Shown: piece after piece, positions 38,654 to 52,176 of the stretch
Position numbering within the stretch: the first letter of the stretch is position 1
Layout: each line of letters starts with the position of its first letter
NCBI GenBank assembly: GCA_001938485.1
Contig: MQRK01239514.1
Span: 1-64,000 of the forward strand
Direction of reading: 5' to 3'
From: Girardia tigrina
Taxonomy: Eukaryota
Length of the DNA stretch: 64,000 bases
Made by a program: the position numbers and the translations under genes
The notes under the pieces: model-generated
Told to the model about the DNA's origin: nothing
Seen by the model: the letters and a program-made list of their open reading frames with translations, nothing else
Database searches by the model: none

Positions 38654-41600
38654 TGTTGCGGTCGAGAAATTGAAAGTAGAATCATAAAAATAAGAAGAGA
38701 AAATAAAAGAAAGAACACTATTTCATTATAACACTACGGCCCAATATCAACTATCAACTATAAAACAATTAACAGAGAAAAAGCGAAAATCACAAGAATA
38801 ATACATATATTTAGAAACCATAACATTACAAATTAAGTTTGAGATATTCCCGATCACCCAGAAGAATGTTGTACGCCGGGATAAGACTAAAAACAATCCA
38901 TCAGGAAAATAAATAAACGGAATAAAAACGTACCCGATAAGAGAAAATGAACAAATGCTTCGCAACAAGTAGAGTGGAGTGAGATACACCCCTGAGAGTA
39001 AACGGTTGTGCTCCGGAAGATCGAGAAAGGCACTAAGAGCTTTAAAAAGAGAATTAATTAATTAAAAGAGGTCAAAAATTAATAAAGTTACTTCCAAGGC
39101 AATCCGTTAACACTACGAGGTCAACAGACCCTCCACTTGTAGCCCCGAAGACGACAAGGCCCTGAACGAAATCGACAAAGCTGTGAGATGTTCACCTGAA
39201 AAGTTATACCCCTGTAAAGATATATAAATTAATTAAAAAAGGACAAAGGCCAATTAAGAAAGACAGAAAAATAAACAACTTACCATGAGTCAGGCCCACA
39301 AAGAAAAAACATCATCACGCGATGACTAGTCATCGGTGACAAAGCAGGCCTTGTTCATGTGACGACGCAGTCATTGTCTATATTTGGACATACTGCACGG
39401 CCGCAAATTACCCCGACAAATCGAAAAACAAAATCATCGATGCTGGCCAATCAGAAGCGGCCACGATGAAATCGCACCCCGACAAGACCAATAACGCTGT
39501 TATAAATATAACAGTCACACTGCCGAGAATCAGAACGTCTACATAGCAATTTTGCTCACAAATTTATCAACGAACTATTTGCACTACTTTTGACGACAAC
39601 GAGTTCTAGAGGCGTACGCGACACGAAGCATAAACAAGCAACGGAAGGAAAGAGCACCGAACACGCACGAGAAGAAGAAACAGAACGCGAGCCGAGATTG
39701 AACAAGGACAGCGGAATCCACGATTATCCCGCTATAACCACCCAACGGTTTACGATAACGCTTCATCCGAGTGACGCGCCGACGAGGAAGAGTACCAAAC
39801 GACCGAGACATTTGACCGGCTCCCAACTTACGAATTTGATTGTAAATTTTAATTTATTATGTTTGGTTGTGGATTATTAGTTTTTAATAAGCATATTGAA
39901 TAATATTTTTTCAGTTTCCCATTTCGTTTTACTTTATTTCTTTTATTTTACTTTCGTGTTTATTATAGTTATTTAGAAAGTTTATGAATAGTAGATACTT
40001 ATTTTCCGAGTAAGGTAATCCGTCGCCCCGCCGTCGTCGCCTTCGACTATGCCCCGAGAAAATTTGCGCTCTAACGCACGATGGAAGAACGACGGGAATT
40101 ATGCAGACCCGATTATCGTAGATGTGGCTTCAATGCCCCTCGAGTCATTTCTCCGGGATATTCGTGACAAGTCATTTCTCGAAGACGCAGAGCCGCAAGC
40201 TCGCCCGTGTCGGACGACCGAGTGTCTAAGACAAAATTTTTCCTTCTAAATATACTTTAACTTACGATTTTAGTCACCGTTTTGTTACTATTCTTATATA
40301 AGTAATTAACATAGTAAGGAACGTGATGTTTATTTCATAGCGTTATTAGTTATACTTGGTTATTAATTGTTAATTATACTTGGTTATTAGTTGTTAATTA
40401 AGATTGATTATTAGTTATTAATTATGCCCGATTACTAGTTACCCATTATGCTGATTAGATTACGGACTTACCGAACTATGTATTGACGATCTATCTGATA
40501 AACGAGAATAGTGTTTAACTTTGTTAATTATGAGAAAGATAGAATTAAATCGATTTACGAATATTATGGGAAAATACCGAGTAATTATTACAAATAATTT
40601 AAAAAATTAAATTCCGTAATTTCGTCATCTCTATAAATATTTTTATTTTTTGGTAATTCTGCTTGTTAGTATTATTACTTGTAATCCTAAGATTATAAGG
40701 ACCCGTGCGGTTGCTCCACGTGAAACCGAAGCGAATACGATTCAGAATTCCAAATAATTAATTTATTAACATAAACTTAAGGTTTATTTACTGCAGTAAA
40801 ACAAATTTTTATTTTTATAAAGTATTCTGGTGAAAATTTTGTTGAGATTTTATTAGAAGTTTTATTGACAATTTTATTAAATATTTTTTGCTAAATTCAC
40901 TGAAAATTCTACCGGAAGTTTTGTGAAAAGAATTCTTGTAAGCTTTATTAAGATTGCTTTCGGTAAACTTCATCAGACTTTAAATTTAATCGGGTGTTGA
41001 TTTTCGTAAATCTTTATTTGAGTATATGAGTTTGAATTTTTGTCTACTAAAAGTAGCCAATAAGAATTCATCCGTTTACAGATTTTACCAAAACGCGATT
41101 GAGTTACTTAAATTCAGTTAATTACTCGAGTTTTATTGCTTCAAATTACTAGTTCATGAATAATGATGCGGCATAAGACGAGTTTGTAATACTGCTATAA
41201 TCTTACGATATAGATAAAATTTTTGATAAATAAACGTGAATAACATAACGTACAAAGCCGAGGGAGAAAAATCGATAAGCCACAACACGCTAGGAACACT
41301 GTTAGAATTTTATCAAGATTTTAATAAGGTTCAAGACAAGGGAATCAGGTGAAATGATAATAAAAAATTCTCTTTCTTGTGTTAATACTAATGGAAAACC
41401 ATTGATTAAGTTAACGTTATAGTTTTATTTTACAAATAAGGAAATTATGGATTTTTTCGATTAAGCAAATTTTACTTGTTTCCGAATTTGAGAATAAGGA
41501 ATTATTGAGTTTATCGAGTGAATTATAAAGGTTTTAAGAAACTCGTATACGATGGATTTTATTAAGAGAAATTGGGATTTACAAATAGAATTTTGCAAAC

Positions 41601-42340
41601 TGTGTTTCCCGTATAATTGATGAATTGAAGTGAAACAAACAGTAGTGAAACAAACAAAAACTAGTTTATTCATATTTTCTAAACGGTGTTAATACGAATT
41701 CTTGATAAATTGAAAATAAGGGAGAAATATAAATACACCGCTAAAATACGTTATTTCGATAATTTTATTTCCAATAATGTCACGGTAAATCTTAGTTTAA
41801 TTGTACCTATTAAGAATTAAAATTCTGATTTTCCGAGAGCTGATTGTCGATATACTGAGAGATAGCAACAACGGCACATATTGACATTCCGACAGATAAT
41901 ATCCTCGGAAGTACGACAAAACTACAAATTACCGAGTGACATGACAATGCCGCAAGTCTAAACCTACACGACAGAACACATTGCCACAAGTTTTTAAAAG
42001 ATAAATACATAACAGTGCAACCAGTGATACATTACATATCGAATGCAGACACGAGTAACAATAGGAGTAACTGATATATCACCCCCGAGCGACGCTTTGC
42101 TAGGTGGGGGGTCCATAACTCATCCCGCCTTTATCAGAACCCGATGGCCCTTCAGACTCGGCACTGCCAGGCAGATGTCGAGCGAGAAGAGGCGTCCGAC
42201 CCACAAATGAATTTAGTAATTAAATAAGTATTAAAGCGGTTTGTAAAATAGTATAAGTTGAGATTGGGTTGTGGCTGACCCCTAATAGCCACTGGGGGCT
42301 CTGAGCACTTAAAACTGTTATGAACAAAAGGGTTGTGACA
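38654..42340. mobile_element. Giant (3.7 kb) solo-LTR-like element, copy A
   Basis: TGTTGCGGTCG...GGGTTGTGACA termini; 4-bp TSD ATTT. Both ends are homologous, in inverted orientation, to 43504-45990. No coding ORF. Confidence 0.8.
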
Positions 42341-43503
42341 ATTTATTATAATCAATTCTGTTGACTTGTAATTCTAATTATTGAAAATTTGAAATACGAA
42401 CTTAAGAAATATACGCCCGTTTATAAATCGCTAAACGTTTAAACGTCTTAAAAATCGAAAACGTTTAAACGCAAAATGTGCCCACCTCTAGTCCCACGAA
42501 AAAGCTAAATAGATTTGGAAAATGTGTTCTTTACAAATGAATAGGCCTAAGGCAGCCTGATTAAAGTTTCAAAAAAGTATAACTCATGTTGTGAGTTTTG
42601 AAATACAAACTTAATAATTATAGGCTCGTTTAGAAATCGCTAAACGTTTAAACGTCCCAAAAAAACGAAAACGTTTAAACGCTAAATGTGCCCACTTCTA
42701 ATCAATTGATCCCTTCTCCATCTCTCATTTTGAAAGCATTTATGTCGAAAACGTTTATTGAACAATAAAGGATGACAATTTGTGATATTTTATTCGTTTT
42801 TTTGTTTCGGTTTCCTTTTTTATGTATATTAAGATATGTTATAAATAATACATATTATAATATAAATATATATAGTCTTATAAATAATAATAATATTAAA
42901 TAAGAATTAAATTAAATAAAAAATAATTTACATTATAAAAAATTAAAAAAAAGAATGTAAATAATTTGAATTTAAATCTGAACGGAATTCAGATTAATAA
43001 TTACCACATTTTTCGATTTGGTGGCTCATGGAGTCTTTGTTTGTGGGCGTCAAATTTTTTTGGTGAAAAATTAAAGACGAGAAATGATGATCGACTCTGG
43101 TTTTGAGTGTGATATTGTGAGATTTTTGAGTAAAATTGAAAAGGTGTATTTATGTACTCCATTCATGTTTTGTGGGTGATTGAAATATTTTTTGCATGAT
43201 TTGAATTTTTTGTTTGTTGATTTGGACCATCAAGCAATAATCTTTTTTTCTGATTGTTTAAAGTGTTGAATTTTAAATTTTGTTGACAATTTTTATGCGA
43301 TTTCGGATATCTTAGAATTTAGTGAAAATATATGTGTACTTCAAAGCTGTAAAGGTCTCCAGAAGAGCAAACGTTGTGCGGAATCCGTAAAGAGATCGTG
43401 TAAAAAAAGATTAATAAAAAAATTAATTAAAATCTTACCATGAATCAGCGAACTAGTCTGAAAATAAAAATCATCTTGTGATTATTCAGAATGAATAATC
43501 AGG

Positions 43504-45990
43504 TGTCACGACCCCTTTGAGTGAAAACATTTTTGCAAGCTAAAGAGCCCCCAGTGGTTATTAAGGGTCAACCACAACCCAATGTCATTTTAGAAATTGG
43601 TCTGCTTCTTTTAGTGATTTTATTTGTAAGCGAGTCGGACGCCTCTTCTCACTTGACATCTGTCTAGCAGTGCCAAGCTCGAAGGGCCTGGGGGTTCAGC
43701 TAAAGACAGGACGGGCTATGGCCCCCCGCCTAGATCAGTATAAATAGGGGATGATTTTACGTGTGCTACTGTATTGTCTGCTAGCATATTGAACATGTTT
43801 GCTATGCCCGTCACTTTGTTCTGTGTGTCGTTATACTTGCGGCATTATGTTTGAATGTACGCTGATTGTCACTATCATATGTTGTGTGGGAGACTTGCGG
43901 CATTGTTGTGTCTGCAGGTGAACTTGCGGCATTGTTCTGTTATATCCTTGATCTGTCTAAAATTTATAAACCATTAATTCATATCGATTATATCAATTTA
44001 TTATATATTTACATAGCATTTATTTATGAGTTCAAGCATCGTTATTTTTTATATGTTACTTGTGACACTGTTATGTATTCTCCAACGTGTGGCATTGTTA
44101 TGTTTTGTCATACTTGCGACAATGTTGTGCCTTTAAATAAAATTATTAAATATTATGTTCATTGTGTCATCCTTTAGTTCATACTATTGCATCTCACTTT
44201 AAAGCATCATTATGTCGTTATGATCTATGTTTCACACATGTGAACTGTTTTACATATGGGAAATTATTGTGTCAATTCCCTCGACGGCTAAATTAAATAT
44301 TAAATATAGCAAATACCACATGTCAATTGTTAAACGTTAAATATCAAATGTTGGAATATTACATTTTGAAATATTTGAAATATTAAATATTATTTGAAAT
44401 AGTAAATGAGAAATAATAAATGCTAAATACGAAATATCAACAACCACTTTATGAAGTTATGCACCTATTTACAGTTTATATCAGATCATTAGTTTATATC
44501 GACTCGTTTAATAATAATTCAGATTTTCAATAACTCATTTTATTCTAACTCATTTCAACTGAGCTTATAAACTGACGCGACATATTCTAATAATGAATTC
44601 ACTCGGCATATGAATCATTCTCTGTCTACATATTGATTCATATCTTCGCGTCCTCACAACAGCTAATCTGTAGGCCGTCGCTGCCTGTATGCAGTTATTC
44701 TCTGTCGGACTTAGCTCTAAAATTAATTCCGATTCTAACAACAAATTTATACACGGATTTATGTTATTGATTATTTGCATCTGGCAGTTTTCTTGAAATT
44801 TCTCGTGTGTTAATGTGGAGTATTGTTTCATTAGTAAATTCTCTTGGATTACGACGGGGAATTAGCGCTCTACCTGGAGTATCAAAATCAGACTAAAATT
44901 CAAAGTTGGTTAAAAATTAACTGGTAAGATAATTATCATAATATAATCTAATCAGATTCTAGAAACAAACTCACAGCAAATTTAACAACAAAATTTACAA
45001 TTATGATGGGATCCGGAGAATGTTCTCTCTACGATTGTTTCACTGCTGTTTAACTAAATGCTCGGTCTGCTGCTATCGTGTCGGTTCTCCGTGTCAACAC
45101 TTCTCGCTCGGAATTTCTCTGGCTTTGCAAGGGTTTTGCGTGTCCTCACAATTGTTAACGTCGATTCAAATAGTGTCTCGTGTGACGAATGATATTATCT
45201 TTTGTCCAATGTTCACTTATGTCGGTTTTGATGGTTTTCTTGTTTTGCTTTGTTTTAGCGTTCTCTTTATAGTGTGTTCGTTCATTCTGGAATTACTCGC
45301 GGCTTTTATATCACGGTTCTAGCATACCTTTACTCTATTGCTTCCAATCACAATCTGCCAACGAGCCATTCTACAGCTTTCGGAATACTGGTTGGTCAGT
45401 TGCTGGCATTGTCGTGGTGCACGTGTCGGTATGTACATGATTCTAAAAGTGAGATTTTGATTTATTATAGGATTCCGTAATTGTGTGCTTGCAGGTGGCT
45501 GATGTCATGTGGCTTGTGATTCACGGGTTAATCATCGCGAATAATCGTGCGATGGTTTTTATGGACTTTTTGTTGACTCATGTAAGTTTTAATTAATTTC
45601 TTTATATTTGTTAATTAATTTTCTTACTTTAACAGAGGTTTAACTCTACTCGGAAAAATGTTATGATTTCGCGGATTCTAAAAATAGATTACTCTTGCGA
45701 CGGCCTCTCAGAAGAGGGTCAGTCATTCAATTTCGATCGCTAGGTAAGCCTTGACATTACTTCTTATTTTTTCTCATTTACATGGTTATTTTAGCATCCA
45801 AAACATCTTAACACCGTTATTCGGGGCCGCAATACTCCAAGGGTGTAGTGCTGCCATGTGTATACTGTTTTACGTTCGAATATATGTATTAAATCTCATT
45901 GCCTTCTTTCTTTGTCTTTTTGTAATATATTTACTGTTAACGTTTTGTAAGGGGTTTATTTGTCTATAAAATGGGTTTCCGACCGCAACA
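43504..45990. mobile_element. Giant (2.5 kb) solo-LTR-like element, copy B, inverted relative to A
   Basis: TGTCACGACCC...CGACCGCAACA termini; 4-bp TSD CAGG. 43540-43730 is the reverse-complement homolog of 42100-42310. Confidence 0.85.
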
Positions 45991-46713
45991 CAGGAATAAG
46001 CATGATCGTTGTTGCTTGACAAAACCAATATTCATTATGACCAACCCGAGTGAAATTGAGAGATTGATACCGACACACCGGTCATTTTGAACATAGCTGC
46101 ATATGGTGTGCGCACCCCGCATTGACTAACCCGGAGAATATCGAACAGCAAGCGATAATGAAAAAATACACCAGCTTAATTCATAATCAGCGCAACCAAG
46201 GCTTAATTTATAATCAACGTACGACGCGCAACGAACAGAAACATAATTATACAACGAAAGTCAAGACATAAAAACCATAAAATTATTGCAATTTCATTAC
46301 GACAGTGATATTAATCATTCCGAGACAGTGAAAATTTAAGCGACGATAACTGCGAAACGATAAAGAATCAAGAACTACCGCATCATCCGACAGTTACTGA
46401 GAAGCCGACCATTGACGATGTAAAAATTTAGATGTTTATTATCTTTAATTCTTTTTTATTTTTTTTGTTTTTGGTTTGCTTGGTTGTGTGTAATTTGAAT
46501 TTCATATTTAATATATTTTCTTGGTAAATTTATCATAATTTTATTATTACATATTTGATAATTAACCCTTCGTCAGTCGTCGTCATCGTTCTCACATCCT
46601 TTTATGCGAAGCTAGTATCTCCAGAGATTTAATTGCTGTGAAGATTTGACAATCGATACATGATCATTTCACACTTGAATTGTCACGTTGCAAGCGTTCC
46701 GTCAGTCGTCTTA

Positions 46714-48084
46714 TTAGGGTGAGTCATAAGTTGTGGGGCACTCTTTCCAAAGTAATTATCTTTAATTACAACATGAATTGTCGAATCGATATTAATTGAA
46801 TTTGTATATCGTAATAAAGCTCATAAACTGAAGTTTCAGTATTTGTAAGAAAATCATGATTTTAGTTCATTCTAATTTTTTAAACATTTTAGAAAATTAT
46901 GGAAAAATTTGAAATTAGAGTACTTTTGAAATTTTTCTGGAAAAAAGGTCTGAGTTCAAGGGCTGCCGTAAAGGAAATTTCCNNNNNNNNNNNNNNNNNN
47001 NNNNNNNNNNNNNNNNNNNNNNNNNNNNNNNNNNNNNNNNNNNNNNNNNNNNNNNNNNNNNNNNNNNNNNNNNNNNNNNNNNNNNNNNNNNNNNNNNNNN
47101 NNNNNNNNNNNNNNNNNNNNNNNNNNNNNNNNNNNNNNNNNNNNNNNNNNNNNNNNNNNNNNNNNNNNNNNNNNNNNNNNNNNNNNNNNNNNNNNNNNNN
47201 NNNNNNNNNNNNNNNNNNNNNNNNNNNNNNNNNNNNNNNNNNNNNNNNNNNNNNNNNNNNNNNNNNNNNNNNNNNNNNNNNNNNNNNNNNNNNNNNNNNN
47301 NNNNNNNNNNNNNNNNNNNNNNNNNNNNNNNNNNNNNNNNNNNNNNNNNNNNNNNNNNNNNNNNNNNNNNNNNNNNNNNNNNNNNNNNNNNNNNNNNNNN
47401 NNNNNNNNNNNNNNNNNNNNNNNNNNNNNNNNNNNNNNNNNNNNNNNNNNNNNNNNNNNNNNNNNNNNNNNNNNNNNNNNNNNNNNNNNNNNNNNNNNNN
47501 NNNNNNNNNNNNNNNNNNNNNNNNNNNNNNNNNNNNNNNNNNNNNNNNNNNNNNNNNNNNNNNNNNNNNNNNNNNNNNNNNNNNNNNNNNNNNNNNNNNN
47601 NNNNNNNNNNNNNNNNNNNNNNNNNNNNNNNNNNNNNNNNNNNNNNNNNNNNNNNNNNNNNNNNNNNNNNNNNNNNNNNNNNNNNNNNNNNNNNNNNNNN
47701 NNNNNNNNNNNNNNNNNNNNNNNNNNNNNNNNNNNNNNNNNNNNNNNNNNNNNNNNNNNNNNNNNNNNNNNNNNNNNNNNNNNNNNNNNNNNNNNNNNNN
47801 NNNNNNNNNNNNNNNNNNNNNNNNNNNNNNNNNNNNNNNNNNNNNNNNNNNNNNNNNNNNNNNNNNNNNNNNNNNNNNNNNNNNNNNNNNNNNNNNNNNN
47901 NNNNNNNNNNNNNNNNNNNNNNNNNNNNNNNNNNNNNNNNNNNNNNNNNNCAACTTGCAGAACGTTGGGTACAATGTATTGAACATAATGGACTTTATTT
48001 CGAATCATAATCTTTATTGTGCGTTGTTTTATGAACATTTTAATTTTTAATAAAAAGTGCCCCACAACTCATGACTCACCCTAA
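46714..48084 (+). mobile_element. Full-length mariner element (interior in N gap)
   Basis: TA TSD. TIR TTAGGGTGAGTCAT(A/G)AGTTGTGGGGCACT. Transposase N-terminus MEKFEIRVLLKFFWKKGLSSRAAVKEIS. Confidence 0.92.
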
Positions 48085-48768
48085 TATAATGAATTCACGA
48101 GAAAGTTTTCCATCGATAAATATATCCGATGCAAATGTCCGATGCAAGAATTGTTAAGAAAAATCAATAATTATATCCGATCCGTTGTAGAGAATTTCGA
48201 TAGAGCAATTGATATAAATAGACCCACACAATCGACGAGACAGTCAGTAGTGTTAAGAGTCAAGTTGAATGAATCAACATCTAGCAGTTACCTATAGTTG
48301 TGAATATCCCAGACGAATATTTTGGTGTCATTCTAAATTATATCACTATGATTAAATTTCTTTGCTTAATTTATTTTATTCAGTTCATTCTAATTTTAGC
48401 TATTTAATTTTTAAGTTTATTTTATTTTAATAATTTATTTTAACTATTTTTGACTCGGAATAATGTAGAAAATGTGGTAGATTGACTAATACTAAAAATG
48501 TATGCAGTAGAAGATAGATCTAAATTCTTGTAGATAATTTTAATAATTGATTATAAAAATCTAACTGTAGCAATTACTGGGAATATGAATAAATAACCGA
48601 ATACACAGTTATAATTATCCTCGCATACCAATCGGTGTGGCGTCGCGTGTGAATAGAACAGCAATCATAAATTATTTTGAATGAGTTATAATAATTAGCG
48701 TCGACACCAAAATAATAAATATTTAAGTATGACTAAATGTATAATTACTTAGCTATTTTGGATAATTT

Positions 48769-48806
<38 letters not shown>

Positions 48807-49329
48807 AACAATTAGTTAACAATTTCCCGAGCTCAGAAATGAATGACAACTACTTGCATTAACGAGAATACGTTAGGTCAAAACACTATCATCGCCGAAC
48901 GATATTGAGTCGGCTAGGAGCCCATAGCCTGTCCAAGCCTATTCAAACCTGAGGGCGCTCCAGACCCAGCCCTACATCGTAGATGTTGGGCGAGGCAGAT
49001 GCGTCCGAGCACCCCACTAAAAATGCATATAGTCATGTTGAGATAATTCACAACGGGTTGTGGTAAAACCTTTAAAAACCACTGGGGACTCAGAGTATTC
49101 ACAAATGTCAACACTCAGGGTGGTCGTGACATAAATGATTTTAAAAAAATAATTTGGACTATCAACCAATTATTAACATTAAAAAGAAAATAAATTTGGT
49201 TTAATAATCACAATTTGTACATGTTTTAAAAATCAAGAACATAAAATCTTTTTTGGTTTTTTTTCAATTTCTATCACAACAATGATACTATTATAGCCGA
49301 TAGTACAATCGGAAAATATAATAAGTAGC

Positions 49330-50030
49330 TTTCAAAATGAGATTGATGTATATAGTTTTAATAACGTAGTCCGGAATCATAAACAGTTACTACAGGATGA
49401 TGAAATGTTAATCAACAGTATTAAAGTAGCGAAATTTCTAAAGACCTTGATGAGAATGGGAAAATTAAAGATTTGATGACTAAAGAAACCAATGGGAGAG
49501 GAAGAAAATTTGATTTCTTACAATAAAATACAGGACAGACCATGTATAGGCGTCGACATCTTCGAGTATTAAAATCATATGTTTATTTGATACCTGAACT
49601 ACAGTGAACGTCATTACTTTAGATTTCTAAGGATCTGTTTTATCAGGTTGGAAACAAAGTAAGGATGGGTTGGCTGTTATGCTGGCAGCAAGCATGGGTG
49701 GTACAGAAAAACAAATACTTTTAGTACTTGGAATATCAGCCAATCTTGTATGTTTAAAAGGAATTGCATTAAGCCCGTTGAATATCATTCAAATAGTAAA
49801 ACGTGAATGTAATCACAAAATTTTTAAACGTGGATAAATCATTCTGATTGTAGAATGAATCTTCAACAACGAGAATTTATTTTTTGGTGACATTTGCACT
49901 GCTCACACGAGAGTTGATTATTTAATACACATTCATTTAGTTTTTTTACCAGCTAACACAAAATTTCAACTGTAGTTATGTGATGCAAGAATAATTCAAA
50001 ATATAAAAGTAAATTCTACAAAAGATCATT
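49330..50030 (+). pseudogene. Decayed Tigger/pogo transposase
   Basis: SGWKQSKDGLAVMLAASMGGTEKQILLVLGISANLVCLKG, PVEYHSNSKT*M and ...DICTAH are DDE_1 motifs, with stops and frameshifts. Confidence 0.75.
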
Positions 50031-50104
50031 TTGTCTTATGATTCAGACGAGATACGAAACACTTATATTATAAATACAATTGACATGTTAAATCTTGCAT
50101 AGTA

Positions 50105-51750
50105 TAAGGTGGAATTCTTTATGTTTTGTTTAATTTAAAATAATTAAAAATTATAAATTATAACCTCGTGCGGCATCCGCGGAATCGCACGCGTCAACGA
50201 AAACCAGAACCGGTCGGACTGAACCCCGTACTACTACACCTAATCCTGCGGTGTACAACGAGTCGACATGACCTCATTAATTGTATCAAAAGACATCGGG
50301 TGGACGGGACAACCGCATTGCTCGTAACTCCGGACGGTACTGCTCGTCATACAGTAGACGATACACAACGGGGAACCGCCATGAATTGGTCACGGCCCCG
50401 ACACGCAATTATGTGTACAACCAGTGGTCACTGGACTAGATCGGCCAGCACCTCATTGGTGTTAGAAGTGGGATCCAGAGATCCGATCACGGTAAATATT
50501 CGTAAATAAATGTCGAAATACAGTTGTTATACCACCCACGCATCTAATATTCATTACATGCGCACCAAAATTGTAACGGCAAAATCCACAACGTCCACAT
50601 TATCAACAGCTGAAACAATCTCGTCGACAACATGGACAACTACACCAGAAATGGCAATGACAATCATAACAACCAAACCGACAACGACAGCGAGAAATCA
50701 CCCCTAGACATCAGCACAGTCGGAAGCAAAGTCATCTGGCACAATGAGGGTCTGGGGACCATCTCCACAAAAGCAAAAGGTGACGAAACCCCGAAAAGAG
50801 CCACACGACACTACAGAAACATAATCGGGTGCACAACACGGTCGTCCATCACGCTTACATACCAATACCATCAGAAACACCTCATATGCAACACCGTCAC
50901 ACCACAGTAAACACAACAATAAAACACACTCACAGCATCACGTCCAAACTACACTCGACTACCACAGGCAATCCAACATCATACACCCACAAAACAACTG
51001 CGTTCCGACAAAATATTCATTCTTACAGGCCTCCAACTCTATCATACTACCGCAGTGCCACACCTACCATGATCCGCATTTTTAGGTAGGGGCTCATGTG
51101 GCACTCGAAAAATTAATTAATAAAGAAGAATTATTTAAAAATATAACAGTTGTTTTAATATGCAAAATAAATTATGTATGAATAAATTATTCAAATCGGT
51201 GTTATCAAATTGTCTGAATTAGAATAAAGGAATTATTATTTGTTTTTTTCGTATCTGTTTATTTCCTTCCGCCGTTTTCTCACAGTCAATAAAGTCGACC
51301 GCTCCGAAATACAATGTTCAACGACGGGTTGAATCGATCCGACCGACCTCAATGCCACAACACTTAGACCTGTGGTTCACACATTGTCCACTCGAAGAGG
51401 CGATCCGGTGTTGTGCGAACGGACCGAGCAGACTACTCAATGTTTCAAGCATTACCCATGGCTTCACAGTTGGCGATGCACAACGGGGAACTGAGCGACA
51501 AAAAACCGCGATAACAATCCGAGGTGACCCACCGATCGACGAGCTCTCTCTATACGGGGTTCCGTGCTGGAATCGACGCGATCGGTCAATCTCTCCCTGT
51601 GGTAATTCTCCGTACGAATAAGGGGTGTTGGCTGTCACAGCTCGATCCGATGGCCGTCACTTCCCTTTGTTTACATAAATTGGAGGAATTGCATATTCAT
51701 TCGGTATAATTATTGTTGTGTGTGACTGTATATTCTCGTTAAGTGCTACA
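50105..51750 (+). mobile_element. Short non-autonomous LTR retroelement with tRNA-Leu PBS and dissimilar LTRs
   Basis: LTR end ...CAGCACCTCA (50455), then PBS TGGTGTTAGAAGTGGGAT. ~640-bp interior. PPT AGGTAGGGG, then LTR TGTGGCAC...GTGCTACA (51097-51750). 5' start approximate. Confidence 0.7.
50457..50474 (+). promoter_or_regulatory. Primer binding site, tRNA-Leu
   Basis: One mismatch to TGGTGTCAGAAGTGGGAT, the complement of the tRNA-Leu 3' end; 1 nt after LTR CA. Confidence 0.8.
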
Positions 51751-52176
51751 ACGATAGGAGTGCCCTCCCACGGGGTAGTCATCATTAAGCCGGTTGACCT
51801 CTCAATAATTAACTACATCGACTCTAGCACTGCCTTCACCATTCGATAGCATTAAATAACATAATCATACCCAGCATAATCAATCGATATTTCATGACAT
51901 TTGGTTCACTCAATCTTTGCAGATGAAAAGCGATGCCAGTTGTCGGGAATCAGTTGTATTTATATAAAAATTGTCATACTTACGTTATTATTATATTATT
52001 ATTTCTTAGATTATATTATTATATGAGATTATTCCTATCATCTTTCTATAATATTATTATAATTCGTACTTATATTAACAATTTATTACATTAATTAATT
52101 TTGAAAAAGAAATCGATCTCTATAATTGATATCAGTTTTAAAAAATTATATTATTATATTATATTATTATTAATAG

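Larger units (their letters stand above)
35775..42700. mobile_element. Non-autonomous hAT element with duplicated right end and nested cargo
   Basis: 8-bp TSD ATCAATTG (35767-35774, 42701-42708). TIR TAGACGTGGGCAC / GTGCCCACTTCTA. AAACG subterminal repeats. A second, internal right end at 42490. Confidence 0.88.
43330..49131. mobile_element. Third, older copy (C) of the giant LTR family, interrupted by copy B and a mariner
   Basis: Ends ...CCACTGGGG...GGTCGTGACA like copy A. CTTACCATGAATCAG at 43434 matches CTTACCATGAGTCAG of copy A. Left boundary not resolved. Confidence 0.55.

Noticed and set aside
49575-49610. VYLIPEL resembling a PIWI/Argonaute PAZ motif
   Set aside because: Lies inside a Tigger transposase remnant; chance match.
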